DNA of 32,000 nt from Pseudomonas aeruginosa (GTDB taxonomy: Bacteria > Pseudomonadota > Gammaproteobacteria > Pseudomonadales > Pseudomonadaceae): assembly GCF_001457615.1 (NCBI RefSeq), contig NZ_LN831024.1, positions 810,001-842,000 on the forward strand, in the 5' to 3' direction. Below are positions 27,706 to 32,000 of the stretch, piece after piece; positions within the stretch are counted from its first letter, which is position 1, and every line of letters starts with the position of its first letter. The notes below the pieces were generated by a model that was not told the DNA's origin, did not search any database, and saw only the letters and a list, made by a program, of their open reading frames with translations. Both the position numbers and the translations under genes were made by a program.

Positions 27706-27734
27706 AATGAGGAATCTATTCCCCATTGAGGAAT
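27706..27734. promoter_or_regulatory. Candidate IclR-type operator, copy 2 (iclR/fvbA intergenic)
   Basis: AATGAGGAAT-CT-ATTCCCCATT (27706-27727), 10-bp arms with one mismatch, followed by an extra direct half-site CATTGAGGAAT (27724-27734) repeating CAATGAGGAAT (27705-27715). Confidence 0.6.
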
Positions 27735-27757
27735 GTTCTGGTGGCGTGATAGCCTGA

Positions 27758-29878
27758 ATGGAAAAGAGAGTCATTCCCATTTGGAGAAGATCCTTGAACG
27801 CCCGCACGCACCGCACGCTCAACCGGGGAATCGGCGTCGTCACGCTGTCCACCCTGCTCGCCTCGCCATCGGCACTGGCCCGGGAAAACCCGCCCGCCGA
27901 GGACGAACCCGCCGCCCTCGAGGCGCTGGTCGTGACCGGCGAGAAACGTGAACGCTCGCTGAAGGACACGGCGTCCTCGGTATCGCTCACCAGCGCCCGC
28001 GACATCGACCGCAAGCAGACCGGCAACGCCTCGGTCGCCGAGGTGATCAATGGCAGTCCCAACGTGGTCTACACCGACTCGGTGGGCGCGCCGATCATCC
28101 GCGGCCAGGACACCCAGGGCCCGAACAACGGGCAGAACGTGTTCTGGGGCGGCACAGTGCCGCGGGCGACGATCAACCTCGATGGCCACTACCTGAACTA
28201 CAACGAGATGTTCTTCGGCGCGACCTCGGTCTGGGACGTCGACAGCATCGAGGTGTTCCGCGGCCCGCAGACCACCTCCCAGGGCGCCAACGCCATCGCC
28301 GGGGCGATCATCGTCAACACCAAGGACCCGACCTTCAGCCCCGAGGCTGCCTACCAGGCGGAGATCGGCAGCTACCATTCGCGGCGCAGCTCGATCGCAG
28401 TGTCCGGCCCGCTGGCGCAGGACTTCGCCGGGCGCCTGGCGGTGGACTACGCGGGCCGCGACACCTTCATCGACTACGACAACCCGAAGTTCCAGGACAG
28501 CGGCACCGACCAGGACTTCCGCGCCCTCAACGCGCGCGCCAAGCTGCTCTGGCTGCCCAGCGGAATTCCGGGCCTGGAGAGCAAGTTCACCTTCTCCCAC
28601 AACGACAGCAACCGTCCGACCCAGGAAGCGGCGACCCGCCCGTTCGACAAGCTCGACCATCGCTCGACCACCATGCCCAGCTGGGAGCAGGACACCAACA
28701 CCAGCATCCTCGACGTCGCCTATGACCTCGACAACGGCATCCGCCTGTTCAACCAGGCGCAGTACTCGCTGTCCTCGGTGCACCGCACCACCGGCGCGGG
28801 CGGCGAGGGCGACGCCGACATCCGCCAGAAGAACGCCTCCAACGAATCGCGGATCAGCTTCGGCGAGCAGGAGGACCGGATCAGTGGCATGGGCGGGGTC
28901 TACTACGCCCGCACCCGCACCGACGAGACACTGCACCTGCGCGGGCTGTCGGCCTTCGACGACACGAAGAAGAACCTCGGTGTGTTCGGCGAGCTGAACT
29001 ACCGCCTGAGCGACCGCTGGACCCTGACCACCGGCCTGCGCTACCAGGAGGATCGCATCGAGCGCAGCGGCAACTCGGTGCTGGCGCCGCGTCCGCTGGA
29101 CTACCAGAAGACCTTCTCGGCCTTCCTGCCGAAAGTCTCCCTGGCCTTCGCCGCGACCCCGGACTGGACCGTCGGCGGCCTGGTCAGCCGCGGCTACAAC
29201 CCCGGCGGCGTGTCGCTCAACCTGACCACCCGCAACTGGGCCTACTTCAAGGAAGAAACCATCTGGAACTACGAACTGTTCACCCGCGCCAGCCTGCTCG
29301 ACGGCCGCCTGCTGCTGAACGGCAACCTGTTCTTCATGGATTTCAAGGACGCCCAGTACAACATCCCGGTGGTGGTTTCGCCGGGGGTGGCGCAGTCGTA
29401 CACCATCAACGCCGAGAAGGCCCACGCCTACGGCATGGAGCTGGACCTCGACTATCGCCTGCGCGACGACCTGCGGCTGAAGGCCAGCGCCGGCGTGCTA
29501 CGCACCCGGATCGACGAGATGTCCGGCAATACCGGCTACGAGCACAACGAGTTCGCCCGCTCGCCGGGCTATACCCTCAGCTTCGGACCGAGCTGGGACG
29601 TCACCGAGCGCCTCAACCTGAACGCCCAGGTGCGCTACCTGGACGGCTACTACTCGGACACCGCCAACACCAAGGCCTACTCGATCAAGGCCTACACCCT
29701 CACCGACGCCCGCGCCAGCTACCGCTTCAACGACCAGGTGCAGCTCTATGGCTACGTGAAGAACGTGTTCGACGACCGCTCGCCCACCTACATGCAGGAA
29801 AACCGGGGGATCGGCGGCATCGAGGCGAGCATGACGCAGCCGCGGACCCTCGGCATCGGCATCAAGGGCACCTTCTAG
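27758..29878 (+). CDS. fvbA: TonB-dependent siderophore (vibriobactin-type) receptor
   Basis: ...EALVVTGEKRERSLKDTASSVSLTSARDIDRKQTGNASVAEVINGSPNVVYTDS... plug, ...VKNVFDDRSPTYMQENRGIGGIEASMTQPRTLGIGIKGTF C-terminus. The true start may be TTG at 27794, which has a GGAGA RBS at 27783 and gives a cleaner signal peptide (LNARTHRTLNRGIGVVTLSTLLASPSALA). Confidence 0.88.
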   Translation: MEKRVIPIWRRSLNARTHRTLNRGIGVVTLSTLLASPSALARENPPAEDEPAALEALVVTGEKRERSLKDTASSVSLTSARDIDRKQTGNASVAEVINGSPNVVYTDSVGAPIIRGQDTQGPNNGQNVFWGGTVPRATINLDGHYLNYNEMFFGATSVWDVDSIEVFRGPQTTSQGANAIAGAIIVNTKDPTFSPEAAYQAEIGSYHSRRSSIAVSGPLAQDFAGRLAVDYAGRDTFIDYDNPKFQDSGTDQDFRALNARAKLLWLPSGIPGLESKFTFSHNDSNRPTQEAATRPFDKLDHRSTTMPSWEQDTNTSILDVAYDLDNGIRLFNQAQYSLSSVHRTTGAGGEGDADIRQKNASNESRISFGEQEDRISGMGGVYYARTRTDETLHLRGLSAFDDTKKNLGVFGELNYRLSDRWTLTTGLRYQEDRIERSGNSVLAPRPLDYQKTFSAFLPKVSLAFAATPDWTVGGLVSRGYNPGGVSLNLTTRNWAYFKEETIWNYELFTRASLLDGRLLLNGNLFFMDFKDAQYNIPVVVSPGVAQSYTINAEKAHAYGMELDLDYRLRDDLRLKASAGVLRTRIDEMSGNTGYEHNEFARSPGYTLSFGPSWDVTERLNLNAQVRYLDGYYSDTANTKAYSIKAYTLTDARASYRFNDQVQLYGYVKNVFDDRSPTYMQENRGIGGIEASMTQPRTLGIGIKGTF

Positions 29879-29890
29879 GCGCCCCGAGAA

Positions 29891-29912
29891 GCCGGCCCCG
29901 CGCAGGGCCGGC
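29891..29912 (+). other. Intercistronic hairpin between fvbA and the monooxygenase gene
   Basis: Perfect 8-bp stem GCCGGCCC / GGGCCGGC with a 6-nt loop, 13 nt after the fvbA stop. No following T-run. Confidence 0.6.
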
Positions 29913-29945
29913 CCAGCCCCAGAGCCCATACAGGAGATTGGCACG

Positions 29946-31253
29946 ATGAGTACCCCGAAACGCCTGCACATCGGCATGTCGCTGGCCCCCACCTGGCTCA
30001 GCGGCGATGCCTGGCGGCGCCCCGACAGCAATATCGAAGGCATCTTCGGCAGCGATTTCGCCGTCGACATCGCCAGGCGCTCCGAAGCCGCCCACCTCGA
30101 CTTCGTGTTTCGCCCGGACGTCAGCAGCCTGCCACTGGACGTGCTGGAGACCGGCTCCGGCTTCGCCAGCCTGGATCCCACCGTACTGCTTGCCGCGGTC
30201 GCCCGCGAAACCTCGCGGATCGGCCTGGTGTCGACGGTCTCCACCACGTTCTATCCGCCCTACGTGGTGGCCCGGCAGCTGCAATCGCTGCACTGGATCA
30301 GCAACGGCCGCGCCGGCTGGAACATCGTCACCGCGCTGCAGGGCCACGAGAACTTCGGCCTGGACGCGATGCCCGATGCGGAGCAGCGCTACGCGCGCGC
30401 CGCCGAGTTCACCCGGCTGGTGCACGACCTGTGGGACAGCTTCCCCCGCGAGGCACTCCTGGTCGACCGCGAGAGCGGCCGCTACGCCGACGTTTCCCGG
30501 GTGCACCCGGTCGACCACGACGGCGAATTCCTCAAGGTCAAGGGACCGCTCAACCTGCCGGCCTTCGGCGAGGCGCGGATTCCCCTGGTGCAGGCCGGCG
30601 CCTCCGAGAGCGGGCGCGACTTCGCCGCCTCGGTGGCCGACCTGGTGTTCGCGCCGACCCCGGACAAGGAGGCTGCCCTGGAACTGCGCCGCGACCTTTC
30701 CCGCCGCGCCGAACGCCACGGTCGCTCGCCGCGCGACGTGCGCCTGCTGCCGGGCTTCAGCCTGTACCTGGCGGAGAGCCGCGAGGAGGCGCGGGAAATC
30801 TTCATGCAGACCCACGCGCGCCTGGACCGCGCGCGCAAGTTCGCCACGATCAGGCAGATGCTCGGCCTCGACCTCAGCGACTGGCCGCTGGACCGGCCGA
30901 TTTCCGCGGCCGACCTGCCGCCGCCGGTGGCCAACCCCGGCAGCCGCACCCACACCGACCTGCTGCGGCGCCTGATCGAGCGCGAGACGTTACGCCTGGA
31001 CCAGTTGCTGCTGCGCCCCGAGGTGGTTTCCGCGGCGCACTGGCAGGTCATCGGTACGGTGGACGATGCCGTCGAGCAGATCGTCGACTGGGCCGCCGCC
31101 GGCGCCATGGACGGTTTCATCGCCGCGCCGGGAGGCTCGGTCGGCTCGCTGCGGCTGTTCCTCGAACAGGTGGTGCCGCGCCTGGTGGAAAAGGGGCTGT
31201 TCCGCGAGCGCTACAGCGCCACTACCTTCGCCGGGCACCTGGCAGAGGAATGA
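29946..31253 (+). CDS. LLM-class flavin-dependent monooxygenase, NtaA/SnaA/DszA (nitrilotriacetate/EDTA monooxygenase component A) type
   Basis: RLHIGMSLAPTWLSGDAWRRPDSNIEGIFGSDFAVDIARRSEAAHLDFVFRPD...LDPTVLLAAVARETSRIGLVSTVSTTFYPPYVVARQLQSLHWISNGRAGWNIVTALQGHENFG is the hallmark of NtaA/SnaA-type enzymes. Confidence 0.9.
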   Translation: MSTPKRLHIGMSLAPTWLSGDAWRRPDSNIEGIFGSDFAVDIARRSEAAHLDFVFRPDVSSLPLDVLETGSGFASLDPTVLLAAVARETSRIGLVSTVSTTFYPPYVVARQLQSLHWISNGRAGWNIVTALQGHENFGLDAMPDAEQRYARAAEFTRLVHDLWDSFPREALLVDRESGRYADVSRVHPVDHDGEFLKVKGPLNLPAFGEARIPLVQAGASESGRDFAASVADLVFAPTPDKEAALELRRDLSRRAERHGRSPRDVRLLPGFSLYLAESREEAREIFMQTHARLDRARKFATIRQMLGLDLSDWPLDRPISAADLPPPVANPGSRTHTDLLRRLIERETLRLDQLLLRPEVVSAAHWQVIGTVDDAVEQIVDWAAAGAMDGFIAAPGGSVGSLRLFLEQVVPRLVEKGLFRERYSATTFAGHLAEE

Positions 31254-31569
31254 TGGAAAGGGCCGGCGACGGCCGCGTCCTGGCGGCGATGGCGAGCGAG
31301 TGACCGCCTGCGGATTGGCCGCCTGACGGGCCCGCTGTATCGCAGCACGCCATCCGACCGGTGGGACGTGGTACAGGCGAGGGAGCCTCTGCCTTGGCGT
31401 AGATACCGTCGTACCCCGGGGATCATCCGGACAGGTCGCAGCCTGGGCAGCGCTGGCCGTCGGCAGGCCTGGCATTCTGCTGTTACAACCATCCATCCAT
31501 TCCTGCGGAAACGAGTGAACTCAATCGCCCCGAGCGCTGTCTGTCAGCCGTCGGCCCAACCGGGCCGGG

Positions 31570-31590
31570 CGCATGGCCCTTGGCCATGCG
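31570..31590 (+). other. Hairpin in long intergenic region upstream of the SH3-domain gene
   Basis: Perfect 9-bp stem CGCATGGCC-CTT-GGCCATGCG. Confidence 0.65.
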
Positions 31591-31690
31591 GTAGCCCCGC
31601 CCCGGTCGCGCGCTTGTCCATAACAATTCGACTGGCCGGCTTTTTCGCTCCCCTTTGCGGGTTTCGTTCTCTCGCCATGTGAAGATTGCC

Positions 31691-32000
31691 ATGTCCCTAT
31701 CCCGTCGCATCCCCGCCGCTCTTTCCCCGTTCCAGAACCGCGTCATCGGAGCCTGCCTGCTCGGCGGCCTGCTGGCGGCCGGCGCCCCGGCGCAGGCCGA
31801 GGAGGCGACCGGCAACGCGCGCTGGGTGAGCGACAGCCTGACCACTTTCGTGCGCAGCGGCCCCACCGATGGCTATCGCATCGTCGGCACCCTCACCTCC
31901 GGGCAGAAGGTCGAGCTGCTTGGCACCCAGGGCAACTACAGCCAGGTGCGCGGCGAGAACGGCAGCACCGTGTGGATTCCCAGCCGCGACTTGCAGGAGG
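31691..32000 (+). CDS. SH3-domain (TIGR04211-like) exported protein, truncated by window edge
   Basis: MSLSRRIPAALSPFQNRVIGACLLGGLLAAGAPAQAEEATGNARWVSDSLTTFVRSGPTDGYRIVGTLTSGQKVELLGTQGNYSQVRGENGSTVWIPSRDLQE: signal peptide plus bacterial SH3 domain. No stop before the window end. Confidence 0.85.
   Translation, partial: MSLSRRIPAALSPFQNRVIGACLLGGLLAAGAPAQAEEATGNARWVSDSLTTFVRSGPTDGYRIVGTLTSGQKVELLGTQGNYSQVRGENGSTVWIPSRDLQE

Noticed and set aside
27716-29425. 569-aa - strand ORF antisense to fvbA
   Set aside because: Antisense shadow, no domain similarity, GC-skew artefact.

Overview
This window matches a Pseudomonas aeruginosa core-genome segment (GC-rich, many recognisable proteins, roughly the PA4182-PA4154 neighbourhood, recalled and not searched). 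In order it holds: a VOC protein, a PaiB-like FMN-binding protein, a B3/4-domain protein, an acetolactate-synthase-like TPP enzyme, an OprD-family porin, a SAM methyltransferase, a GFA-family protein, PpiC2 and protease IV (piv/prpL). It continues with a LysR regulator, RidA, an exonuclease III-like protein, a DJ-1/PfpI protein, a flavin oxidoreductase, an Rrf2 regulator and the pyoverdine receptor fpvB. Then come an aldo/keto reductase, a GNAT, a MocR regulator, a GGCT-like protein, an amidase and an SDR, followed by a siderophore import cluster: fepG, fepD, fepB, fepC, an IclR regulator, fvbA, an NtaA/EmoA-like flavin monooxygenase, and the start of an SH3-domain protein. There is no CRISPR, IS element, phage or RNA gene I can support. 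The most interesting observations are: (1) an 18-bp dyad shared (14/18) between the fepB-fepC divergent promoter and the iclR-fvbA divergent promoter, a candidate IclR-type operator joining the locus into one regulon; (2) a chelate-degrading-type monooxygenase directly behind fvbA, suggesting coupled uptake and oxidative release or degradation; (3) a strict 112-bp-period tandem array between ppiC2 and piv; (4) an AT-rich island upstream of piv containing an unannotated 122-codon ORF; (5) an STN signalling domain in FpvB without a local sigma/anti-sigma pair, plus a strong Fur box.
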